Assembly (NCBI GenBank): GCA_951406725.2
Contig: OX597830.1
Location: 58,156,001-58,220,000 of the forward strand
Length of the DNA stretch: 64,000 nucleotides
Source: Octopus vulgaris
Lineage: Eukaryota
Direction of reading: 5' to 3'
Part shown: positions 15,001-28,021 of the stretch, piece by piece
How positions within the stretch are numbered: position 1 is the stretch's first letter
How the letters are laid out: every line of letters begins with the position of its first letter
Made by a program: the position numbers and the translations under genes
Notes under the pieces: generated by a model
Databases searched by the model: none
What the model was told of the DNA's origin: nothing
What the model saw: only the letters and a program-made list of their open reading frames with translations

Positions 15001-18000
15001 TTAGTACTTCTGGAGCCTTACTGACTTCCATCAATATTTGAGAAATTTTCAACTTCTAACCTGCTAAAAAAATTTTATTCTCAGCACAGTGGATTTACTG
15101 TGTCTTGGAAGATTGTTAAATACTTAAAAGAAACAATCATCTATTCATAACCTCAAAGACTTCAACAAAAACCACAACATTTCCTTACATTTGGTAGAAG
15201 ATATGAAAATATTACGTTCTGAAAATGCCATTGAACAGATCTATGTATACCATTTTTTTTTCTTGCAAGCAATCAAATTTCCATGTACTGTAGACTAATA
15301 TGTTGATGTGTCTGTGGATATTTTTGTTTATATATTGTCATGCTACTTTTCTACTGAAATCATTTGAATGATCAAAGATGAAATGCAGAGTTATGTTTCT
15401 ACAGTAGAAGCTAAAGCTGCTAATAAAATTCACACACTCTCCACATTGAGTATTCTTCATCTATTTGGTAAACACAAAAACTTGCTAACCTTCTTCTTCT
15501 CTCTCTCTCTCCATATATATAGAGATGTGTGTGTTAGTAAAAGTGAAATCTTCTGCATAGCTGAAAGGTGTTGGGCAAAGTGAAAATTATGTTCATTTTT
15601 GTTACATGTAAGACTAGATAAGTTGAAAGTGTCTGCTTATTATAAAGACAGTTGATCATCATTAAGGAATTATGATAATTATGCTTATTATAATTATGAT
15701 CATCATTAAGGAAAGAAGCCAATCTCATCAATTCTTCATAGGAATCACACTAAAGTTTTGAAATCCAAAGAAATATTAAGCAAAAGACTGCTGGTCATTT
15801 GCTTCATTACAGATATCAATTAAACACTTCGTTTTTTCTTTTTGTTTGTTTTGGAAGTCAAGAATGAAAGATCTTTTAGAAGCCAATGTATTTGGCTTCT
15901 TGGATTTAGTTTTCTGCGCTGTTAGTTTATTGTTGTTTTTTTTTTAATATGGTAAAGAGGAAATTTAATTATAATTATTTTTTTTTTGTAATGAGATGCT
16001 CAGTATTTTCCGACAGCCTTTGATCCTCAATAAACACCGTTCCTCAACCACGTTTCATCTTTCCAAGCATAAGCACTTCATCAATCTGAAAGGGTGATGC
16101 ACCTTATTTTTATTGATCTAATAGTATTAGATCTATAGTATCTAATGTGATCAATAGTATCACATTACTATTGATCACATTAGATCAGTAGTAATGATCT
16201 AATGTGATTATTACTATTGATCAAATATCTTCACTCAGCATTGCCTGATAAGGTTTAACCAGTCCACTTTGGTTTTGCTGAAAATGCCAAGGATCACAAC
16301 TGGATTCTGAGCAGTTATTGATTCTGTAACACATGATTGCAGTATCTTCATAAAAGCACTTTAATTTGGTTTAGTTGATCTTGTTATAAAAACCTTTGGT
16401 TTAAGAAGAGAGGGAGACCCCTGTTCACAAACCTGTGTAATAAGATCAGATAAGTTAGGCTGCTGCTTGGGGCTGTATATGTCCATTTCTGGTTCTAGAT
16501 TTGAGCAGAATTTCAGGTAGAGACTAACAAGGAATTTTGGCATTAGACATCAAGTTTGTTGGTATTGTTGGAAGATATTTTGAGGCTAATTTTTATTAGA
16601 AAGTAATTGAGTTGTTGGTAGTTTGTAAATTGCAGTTGCTATAAAGATTAAAATGTTATGCTGCATTTTTTTTATAAAGACTATTTTTTTTTTCAAAATA
16701 ACAGGACCACCTAGAAGAATAATTTCTGCCCATTAATTAGCGTAATTGATTTTTTTTTTATGAATAACCTTTGTTGAAAAATATTGAATAATTTAACTCA
16801 AGAAAAAAATAAATATAAGAATATATTGTTTTTAATGAAAAATGTTTTTTCTTATTAAAATTAGATTAAACTAAAAGAAAATGTCTGTTTTTACCACCTA
16901 AATAAGTTAGATAAAATATTTTGTAATAATAAAACCTTTAATATTCTTGTATTTTACTAAAAATGTTATTTTAATAAATTTTATTATTTTACTTAATAAA
17001 ATAATTATTTAATTAATTTCAGTGTAACTTAATTAAAATAAATAAAATATTCTCATGTTATTGTATAAAAATTATTCCAAATTAAATGTAATTTGACCAG
17101 ATAAATCCCCATAAAACAAATAAGCTAGCTACAGCATGGCCTCCACCAAAATTCTTCAGCCAGCCTCTAATACCCAGTCATATCGGTACTTTATTTAACA
17201 AGTCAAAGACATTACAAAGCTGTGTAGAGTATGCCTCTACACAAAAGTCATGTCTTAGATATGGAAGGTTTAAAAAAAGATGGAATGGTCACAGTTGGAA
17301 CTCTCAATCATAAGTCTCTTTGATAACAGTTGACATAGAACTAAACAATAGCAAAAATCAAAGAAGGTACGAACTTTGAAAATAGGTAACATTTAGTGTT
17401 GGATTGTAAGAACGAGCTCTGGTCCTGCTTAGGTAATTTAGTGCTAGAGCAGGCTGGGTGTTAATGCTGTTACTGCAGACCACCCGTCAGAACAGCAACA
17501 TACCACAGCACTTTATAGTTACATACCTGCTGTGATCCACAACAGAAATAATTCCATATATAATGAAAATATTTAATTTGAGCTTTCAAAAGAACATTTA
17601 TTACCTAATTATCTAATTACTTCCCAGCAAAGTGCTGAGAGCTATGTCCTCATAAAATTTTCTTAATTATAAATAAACATTTTATATATGTTGTTATATT
17701 TCACATTGTCTTTAGAATTCATTATATAAATAAATCCTTCATTCATTTGGCCAAGTAGGGAGAATTTTTGGATAAAAACATTTATTAATAAACAAAGTTA
17801 GCAAAAATTTCCTTCATTATTGAAACTTGTTAAATTGTACCTGGTTTGACAACAACTTCTTCACTTTTGATTCAAGATGTGATCTGCTGCATGAGCTGTG
17901 AGCTGTATGTCTTATGGTGTTATTCAATTACTAACAGATACTTATTAACACAACAGGCAGTGTTTAATGACTGTTGGCTGTTAGTTCCTTGATTTTAATT

Positions 18001-19832
18001 TTATCAGCACCAGGTATTTTTGTACAGTTGTGAATATTTTGATTTGGTGATCTGAGGGTGATGCATGGAGTTTTATTCCTTCTTCTTCTTTTTACGGTTG
18101 GGTCTGTAGTGTCTAGATGATGATTTCTTTCCAGTTTCTCATATATGTAACATTGAATTCATTTGGGTGACAAAAAACAAGAACTTTTCTTTCACTTTAA
18201 ATGTCTCTAACTTTAATACTTATAAAAGCTGATAATTAAAGTAATCTTCAAAATCATCGTTAAAAGATTAAATTAAAAAAAATATGAATATAATTTTTAA
18301 CTAGTTCAATATTTCTTATATTTAAATTTTGAAATTAATGAAAATTGGTCGAATATTTAGAGAATAAATAACTGTTAGTTAACTAGCTCGTAGTAGCTGG
18401 TATGTTTCAGCATTTTCTCTATTTACCTAACATCTCTAAAATTATTGTTAATTAAGATGATAAACAATAAAAGTGATATTGACTCATATTGTCAAAATAT
18501 GATTTCTATAAAACATTTGGTGGATTGTTTTTAATACAATGGCAGAATGCTTCTGATGTCAACTGGTCATTCATTATTTTTTGTCTTCCACCTTACACAA
18601 GATATGTGTTGAACATGTATCTAGAAAAGACTGTTTGAGTAAAATCCGATGCCTATGGGGTTTTTTTCTTTGATGACAGGAAGGGCATCCAGGTATCAAC
18701 CAGACCATCAGATGTTGTTACCGCTGGTCACAATGCACTTCCTTGCATTCTTTTAGTTTTCCTTGCATTGTTTTAGCTTTCCTAAGATGCCACCTCATTG
18801 GCTTGATAGGCCTTGGAATGGAACACCAACCCATTGCAGGGTGACCCATTTACAGCCGAGTGCACTGGGACAACATGAAATGAAGCGCTTTGCTCAAGAA
18901 CACAGTGCACCCCCCGGTTCTGGGAATCAAAACCATAATCTTGCACTCATGAATGCAGCACTATAACCACTAAGCCACCAGCCTTCTCTCTCTCTCTCTC
19001 TCTCTCTCACAGACACATTTGTATATGGCAGGCTTCCACCTTGCTTCCATCTACGAAATTCACTCTCTAAGCATTTTTTGGCCAGGGCTACAGCAAAAAA
19101 CACTTGTGCAAGGTACTGTGCAGTGGGACTGAACCGAAGACCAAGTGATTCCAAAGCAAGCTTCTTAACCACTCAGCCATTCCTTTTATACCTGTAAACT
19201 CCTACAAGCATTCATCCATTACCATCCAAATTGAAATACCATTCCATCTCTTTATCCAGAGCTTCAACCATCTCTCAAATACTGAACTTCTATTTCTTCC
19301 ACATGAAAATGTGCTTTTTTATTTTTATTTTTATTTATTTGTTTTTTCTCCATTCACTTCATTGTAGAAAACATTCATTTACCTTTGCCCATATGGTAAA
19401 TGATTTATTCAGGTGCTGCAATATTGTTTTGTAGGTTCATACTTCAAACTCTTTTATTGAACTCAATTTTCAACCACCTTTTCTACCCCTGTTTAACACA
19501 CCACCCCCACGTCTACCCACCCACTTCTTTCTTTCACTCTTGAAATGTCTACTTGTAGAACTTCATATCAACCGTACTCACCTGCCAGAGCCTGCAAGAA
19601 TTAAAAGCTCCCCCCTCCCCCATTCAGATCATAGTAATTAAATTAAAATAGTTTTAGCTGAAAAGCAAATTGTAGGTACAGAAGTGGCTGTGTGGTAAGT
19701 ACCTTGCTTACCAACCACATGGTCCTGGGTTCAGTCTCACTGCATGGCACCTTGTGCAAGTGTCTTCTACTATAGCCTCAGGCTGACCAAAGCCTTGTGA
19801 GTGGATTTGGTAGACAGAAACTGAAAGAAGCT

Positions 19833-19879
<47 letters not shown>

Positions 19880-22800
19880 TGTATATGTTTGTGTATTTGT
19901 ATTTGTCCCCCCTTTATTGCTTGACAACCGATGTTGGTGTGTTTATGTCCCCGTAACTTAGTGGTTCAGCAAAAGAGACTGATAGAATAAGTACTAGGCT
20001 TACAAAGAATAAATCCCAGAGTCAATTTGTATGACTAAAGGTGGTGCTCCAGCATGGCCACAGTCAAATGTCTGAAACCAATAAATGAATATAAAAAGTA
20101 GTCTTGGAAAATGAATTTAAAAACTGGAAGAGAGAAATTATTGTTCAATAAAATCTGTGTCTATCAAATATCAATATCATGAGGATAATTAGCAGTAATA
20201 ATAGGTCAGAGGTACTTTTATTGTTTATCATTCAATATGTACCCTGTGTACTTTCCATTATTTTCAACATCAACATACAAGACATAGTGAACAAACATTA
20301 ATTTTAAGCCCCACTTTAAACCCCAAACTATTCAATGGTAACTTATTCTCTATATGAAATCTTTTTCTTTTTAAAGAACGATACTCTAATATTTGTATTT
20401 TTTTTTCCAGGCTTTGAAACAGATGAAGAGTGAATCAAACAACTCAGAAAATTTATCAAGCTGTATCTTGATGGCATGTGTTGATTCTGCCAAAGATTTA
20501 CCTGTAAGTTGATTATTAGGTTTCAGGTGTTTGTGTGCATGTGTGTGTGTGTCACATAAGTATGTATGTTTCTCTCCATGTAAATAATCCATTCAGAGAA
20601 AGAAACCAATTGAAAATATTGTAGTGTTTAACTGTTTAGCATTCAGATTACTCTGTCACAGGAGCCAGTCAGGGTGCACTGGCATCAGCCATGTTTGGAT
20701 GGTGCTTTTATGTACGACCAGCATGTGAGCCAGTCAGGGGGACCTGGCATCAGCCATGTTTGGATGGTGCTTTTATGTATGACCAGCACGTGAGCCAGTC
20801 AGGGGGACCTGGCATCAGCCATGTTTGGATGGTGCTTTTATGTACGACCAGCACGTGAGCCAGTCAGGGGACCTGGCATCAGCCATGTTTGGACGGTGCT
20901 TTTATGTACGACCAGCACGTGAGCCAGTCAGGGGGACCTGGCATCAACCATGTTTGGATGGTGCTTTTATGTACGACCAGCACGTGAGCCAGTCAGGGGG
21001 ACCTGGCATGAGCCATGTTTGGATGGTGCTTTTATGTACGACCAGCACGTGAGCCAGTCAGGGGGACCTGGCATCAACCATGTTCGGATGGTGCTTTTAT
21101 GTACGACCAGCACGTGAGCCAGTCAGGGGGACCTGGCATCAGCCATGTTTGGATGGTGCTTTTATGTACGACCAGCACGTGAGCCAGTCAGGGGGACCTG
21201 GCATCAGCCATGTTTGGATGGTGCTTTTATGTACGACCAGCACGTGAGCCAGTCAGGGGGACCTGGCATCAACCATGTTTGGATGGTGCTTTTATGTACG
21301 ACCAGCACGTGAGCCAGTCAGGGGGACCTGGCATCAGCCATGTTTGGATGGTGCTTTTATGTACGACCAGCACGTGAGCTAGTCAGGGGGACCTGGCATC
21401 AACCATGTTTGGATGGTGCTTTTATGTACGACCAGCACGTGAGCCAGTCAGGGGGACCTGGCATCAACCATGTTTGGATGGTGCTTTTATGTACGACCAG
21501 CACGTGAGCCAGTCAGGGGGACCTGGCATCAGCCATGTTTGGATGGTGCTTTTATGTACGACCAGCACGTGAGCCAGTCAGGGGGACCTGGCATCAGCCA
21601 TGTTTGGATGGTGCTTTTATGTACGACCAGCACGTGAGCCAGTCAGGGGGACCTGGCATCAACCATGTTCGGATGGTACTTTTTACGTGCCACCGGTACA
21701 GGAGCCAGTCACAGGGACATGGCATCGACCACGTTCAGATGGTGCTTTTTACGTGCCACTGACAGGGGAGCCAGTCAAGCGACACTGGCATCAACCACAT
21801 TCGGACGATGCAGTTTATGTGCCACTGGAACGGGAGCCAGTCAGATGGCACTGTCCACAGTTGTGATTTTGGTGCTGCTTGACTCAACAGGTCCTCTCAA
21901 GCATATCATATTGCCCGATGCATCAAGGGTACTCTTAAATGGGCCGGACATGCAACACTGGCATTGGCCATGGCTACGATCTCACTTTAGTTGTTGGGTC
22001 TTATAAAATCACAGCATATCTCCAAAGGTCTTAGTCTCCTGTCATTGCCTCTGTGAGGTTGAACATTCAAAGGTCATGCTTGACCACCTCATCCCATGTC
22101 TTCCTGGGTCTACCTCTACCTCAGATTCCTTCTACAGTTAGGGTGTGGTACTACCTCACACAGCTGTCCTCATCCATATGTAACACATGACCATACCAGC
22201 ACACCACATCTGCTGCTTTTTATGTCCAACTTTTCTCTCAGGGCATTCACACTCTGTCGTGTATACACACTGACATTACACACCCAGCAGATCATACTAG
22301 CTTCATTTCTTTCAAGCCTGTGCATGTCCTCAGCAATCATGGCCCATGTTTCACTGCCGTGTAGTATGGCAGTTCGCACGCATGCATCATACAGTGTACC
22401 TTTCATCTTGAGTGAGAGGCCCTTAGTTACCAGCAGAGGTAGGAGCTCTCTGAACTTTGCCCAGGTTATTCTTATTCTAGCCACTACACTCTCAGAGCAT
22501 CCACCCCCACTACAAACTTGGTCACCTATGTAGCAGAAGCTATCCTTCTAGTTTTTTCCCCTGGCATGTGATGGAATCTGTTTTCTATATATCTTCAGTG
22601 TTTATTGCCCCTGTGCATCTGCCACACACAAAATCTGTCTTTCCAGTTAACTTTCCTTTGATATTTCTGCACCTTTTATGAGTCCATAGCTTACACCAGG
22701 TACTCTGTATGGAGTTTCCACTCATATCTTTTTTTTTTACAGATCGAGAAGGGGTTTGTGATTTGTCAGCCTTCCTACTTACTAAGACTTTGGCTTTTGC

Positions 22801-25388
22801 CAGGTTAACCCTAAGGCTCTTTGATTCTAGACTTTGCTTCCACACTCTAACTGACATCAATAGTCAGAAGTAACTGTTGAAATATTTGTTTATATTTGTT
22901 TTATTTAGAAATCGAAGAAATCATTAATGGAACCAAGCCCGTATGTTGAATTGGTGTTGGGCCAACAGAAAGAAAAGACTAACATACAGACCTCCACAAT
23001 TAATCCCAAATGGGCAGAGAATTTCAGATTTCTTGTTCATGATCCTTACTTTCAAGATCTCACTGCCTTGGTAAGTGTCTTTTATGATAATTAGAACAGG
23101 TCGTTTGGTATTTACTAAAACCTTTTGATATTGATCTCAATATTGTAAATTTGAAGAGTATTAAGAATTTTGATCAGAAGTGTTTCATAGAAACTATCCC
23201 TGTGTTTCTATTGCCACACGGTTGTGTCTGAATTCCTTCATCTTTTATCATCACAGTATCGACCAGACTCTCAGATATTGTTACACTGGTCACAATAGGC
23301 TTTGTTTTGTTTTAGCTTTCTAATGATGCCACCCCAACTGGCTAATAGAGTAAGCCAACATTCCCCACTGATTGGAAAGCTATTCCATCACAGGGGGACC
23401 CATTTGCAGCTGAGTGGACTGGAGCAACATGAAACAAAGTGTTTTGCTCAAGAACACAAGTGCTACCTAGCCTGGCACTTGAACCCATGATCTAGCAATT
23501 ATAAGTGCAACATCCTAAGCACTAAGCCATACACCTTCGGAAAATTTTCTGTGTTTAGAAAGTGGTAGAAGTATTTTAAGAAATGAAGGAAAAAAACCAA
23601 TGAAAAGAGATGACAGAAAGAATGCAGTTTTGTAGTTAGATGTGAAGGTCCCAATAGCATTACCTTTTTGCAATCAATGCTGACCATCTTCTGAAGGTAA
23701 AAAGAAAGTAACTATCCTTATTCTGTACTGAGCTTTTAGTTCCTTATTTCAGCCTGCACCAACCAGTGGGTCCTGCAGCTAAGACCAGATATTTCGGAGA
23801 GAAGTAGATTTGATAATGAAATATTTCTGGCACTGATATCTTCAAATCCTGGTCAGCAATATTGTAAATATCACTGCGGAATGGATTAATAGAGAGCGAC
23901 TTTGAATAAGCCAGCATTTGATTCTGTTGGACTGACAATAGCAACAAAAAATATAGTTTTGTTATATTATGTTGAAATCATATTTTGTGTGTGTACAATT
24001 GCCTAGAGATATATATATATCCTACATAAATGTCTGTGCTATACTGTTATAAATTTTCCATGCAGTTTTAATGACAGCCGCAATTAAATTCTGTTTAATT
24101 ACAGGTATATGATAAGAATACTAGCAAACTGATCGGAGAGTGCAAAATACTTTTGAAAAACCTCCTTTCTGCAACAGACATGACAATAGACCAGTTGTTT
24201 GATATGAAGGGAGGCGACTCAACATCAACATCAAAACTTCGATTGCAACTAGTTTTGCGAGTAAGAAAACATTTTGAAGCATCTTGTTATTTTTTCATCA
24301 TCATCATCATATATATATATGATGTATATATGTGTGTGTGTGTTTGTATAAATATGTGTTTTTACTGTTTTGTTCTCATTGTTCTGTCCTTTACTGTTGT
24401 TACTTTTTTATTGTTTTTACTGTTTTGGTCTTTTTGTACTGTTCTTGTTACCATTTTTACCCTCTGCAAAAAATCCCAAATTTTATTTAATTTGCTTAGT
24501 GGGAAGGACTGTTTCAATGAAGTTGCGTCTTGTCCTTACCTTCGAAACACAGAGTAGATGAAACAGGGACAACTGAAGAAGGGGAATATTCCTTGTGTTG
24601 TTTGTCTTGTTCCTCTGTTGTTGTTTTTTCGTTATTTGAAAAAAAAGTTCGTTTCTATGTTTTTGTTTTTATGTTTTTGTTTCTCATTGTGTTCAACGTT
24701 TTTTTGATGTCCTGTACCCATATATGCATGTATATATATACATATATATGTAGATATGTACATATATATATGTATATATTTATATATTTGAGTAATTAAA
24801 TGAATTATCTTATTAAGGATTATTCGAAAGATAACCGATACCTGGGTAGCAAATTCACATCAGAAAGAACACATTTGAAGCTACGTCGCTAGGGTATAGA
24901 CTACGTGTCTTCGTGCAGAAATTTGTATGTTTATTTTAAAATTATAAGTATATGAAAGAATGGAGTTGAACGACTTGTTAACAAATATCCTTTATTCTCA
25001 ACATATGTTTCGAAGGCTGCATATTCCTTATTCCGAAGGAATAAGGAGTACATTATGCAGATTTCTCTTCAGGAAAATCAAGGAAACTTATGTCGACATC
25101 AAAATGCACAAAAAACTTTTAGCTGACCGCTCTCAAGGAGCCCATGGCGATAATGAGTTTTTGTGCATTTTGATGTCGACATAAGTTTCCTTGATTTTCC
25201 TGAAGAGAAATCTGCATAATGTACTCCTTATTCCTTCGGAATTAGGAATATGCAGCCTTCGAAACATATGTCGAGAATAAAGGATATTTGTTAACTAGTC
25301 GTTCAACTCCATTCTTTCATATACTTATGTATATATATATATTTATATATTATTTATATTATCATATATATATTTATATATATAAATG

Positions 25389-25423
<35 letters not shown>

Positions 25424-25518
25424 GTGTGTATATATGTATATATGTGTGTATATATATATATATGTATGTATATATATATGTGTGTATATATATATATGTG
25501 TGTATATATATATGTGTG

Positions 25519-25551
<33 letters not shown>

Positions 25552-25632
25552 GTATATGTGTGTGTATGTATATGTGTGTATGTATATATGTATGTATGTA
25601 TGTATATATGTATGTATATATATATATGTATG

Positions 25633-25675
<43 letters not shown>

Positions 25676-27981
25676 GTATGTATGCATATATATATGTATG
25701 TATGTATATATATATGTATGTATGTATATTTATATATATGTATGTATATATATACACATATATATATATATGTGTGTATATATATATATATGTATGTATA
25801 TATATATGTGTGTATATATAATATATATATATTAGTAGAATTGTCCTTTCATTCTTGAGTCAAGTGTGCTTGAGAAATACTTGAAATTTTGTCTATTTGT
25901 AAAAATTGTTACTTCAAATGCCAAGAGGTTGTAAATTGTTTTTGAAAATAAAAATATTATTTCTGTGGAAGTCATTATGGACGAGGTGTTTATACATAAC
26001 CTCTGAACTTATGAAAGCAGTGATCCAGTGTCAGCCATTTTACTTTTACATTTAATATTATCCCTTAAGATTTTCACTGTTTAGTACATTACATATTTGT
26101 GATGAAATAATAATTGCAGCAATTTTTATACATTAATGATGTCTGTTTAAGCAATATCAGATTGTGTGGGTTTTTTTTTTTTTTCTTTATGATTTTAATT
26201 ATAAGTGTTTCTGTTTTAAATGTTACTCATCTTGTCTAATTCCTTACTTATAGATTCTCTCCAATGAATATAAGGATGAGTGGCAGGAAACTGAAGATTT
26301 ATTGCTCTCAGAAGATAAACTCCCTCCCAAAACTGAAAAACCCGTTGGTGAAAACCTTGAGGATTTGTCATCCCATATGGATAGTTCTGTTGATCCAGTT
26401 AGTGTCTATGAATCAGCTTCTTCTCCACTTGAGGCCAGCCACCTCTCAAGTGACTTGGATGATTTGGCAACCCAAAGCCCTTCCATGGAAGGACTGAGGC
26501 AAAGAAAATCACTCTCCCCAAGGTTAATTAACTATCAGGGTTCATAATTATTCATAATTTCTGTTTCTGAAAAAAGAAGAATTATATTTTCATTTTTGTG
26601 TTATGTTTGCAAGATTCTTGCTATGAATTTGTGTATTGAAACAACTCCTGTTGTGTCTTTGACAGGGTCATTGCATCAATGATTATCGACACAATGACCC
26701 TCGCAAGACACAGCAAGAATTACATCCTTACACTGTTGAAGTTAAAAATATTTGGCAATTTACTGCTACAGCATTTCAGAAATCTCAGTAATTTGATGAA
26801 TAATAGTATACCAGAAAATGTAACTTGTGTTTCTAAGCTTCAGTTGTGAGCACAATTTATACCAACATCTGCTTTGTAAGTAATAATAACAATTGTGATC
26901 ATATAAATGTTTAATCTATTATTATTTTATTTATCTATTTATAAGCATTGAAAGTGCTGGACAACATGGACGTGGTCGCATTCAACTGACCCTCCGATAT
27001 AGCTGCCTCAGACAAAAACTGGTGGTTGTTGTCCACAAATGTGTGTAAGTAAACACTTGTGATTTGTCGTTTGTTTCTTTCTCTTTTGCAATTGTACCAT
27101 TTTCTCATTACTAATTTGCGGTTAAAGACAAGAGTGTACTTTAGGAAAGTTGTCGCAATCAATCAATTAATAGGTTCAAGTTTAACGAAGCAGAAAATTC
27201 TCATTAAAACTTGTACAATTTAAACAACGTTTATTGATCTCCGCTACACGAACTGTTAGGAAAGCCAAGTCGAGAGATACATAGATTATGTGCATCTGTG
27301 TCTGTGTACACGAGCTACTGTACACATGTCCAAGTGAATTTGTGTGTGGACATGGACTGTCCCTAAATAATAAGTGCACTTTGTATCAATTCGTTTTTTT
27401 TTTATACATACATTTAGGTGAAAGTTAAGTCAAGTAAATATAATTTTATTTGAGTAAGGTTAGTGAGTGCTACACAAGTTTTTAATTTCTATACACAAAC
27501 ATCCATATTGTCATTGTTATCATTTTAGTGTCTTTGATATCTTCTAAACAACAAGAACCAATACTCTGTGAGTGTGTGTTTGGATGGTAGATATTAAGCA
27601 CATCACTTGGGTTCTTTTTTTGGTTACTTGTAGTGGAGTGTAACCCGTTGAAAGCATTTGTGCCAGACTGTTTGTCTGATGCTAAACTTATCCCTCTCTT
27701 CAGTCTTGAAGGTCATGGAAAGAGAGGTGATATTTATTCCCACTTAAACATGGATGTTCGGTTAGGACAAATGTTACTGTGGTAGGTACCATGAAAGAAA
27801 CTCTCATGTAGGCTTTTGATGAAGAATGCATGCTTGTTTGTTTATATTGATAGCAGGGAGATAACTCCCTATCAACTCCAGCACTGAGACCACCAGATCA
27901 CATGATTTTGACCTTCCTTGGTCTCATCAGTGATGGACACTTGATTGATAGAAATAGTATCAACTCACCTCCCCACCAGCA

Positions 27982-28021
<40 letters not shown>

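Noticed and set aside
20662-21860. CRISPR-like array
   Set aside because: Units are contiguous with no unique spacers and no cas genes; eukaryotic LINE-derived minisatellite
24153-24557. 134-aa ORF as a separate gene (likewise 28740-29060 and 4424-4687)
   Set aside because: ESYT exons read through into flanking intron
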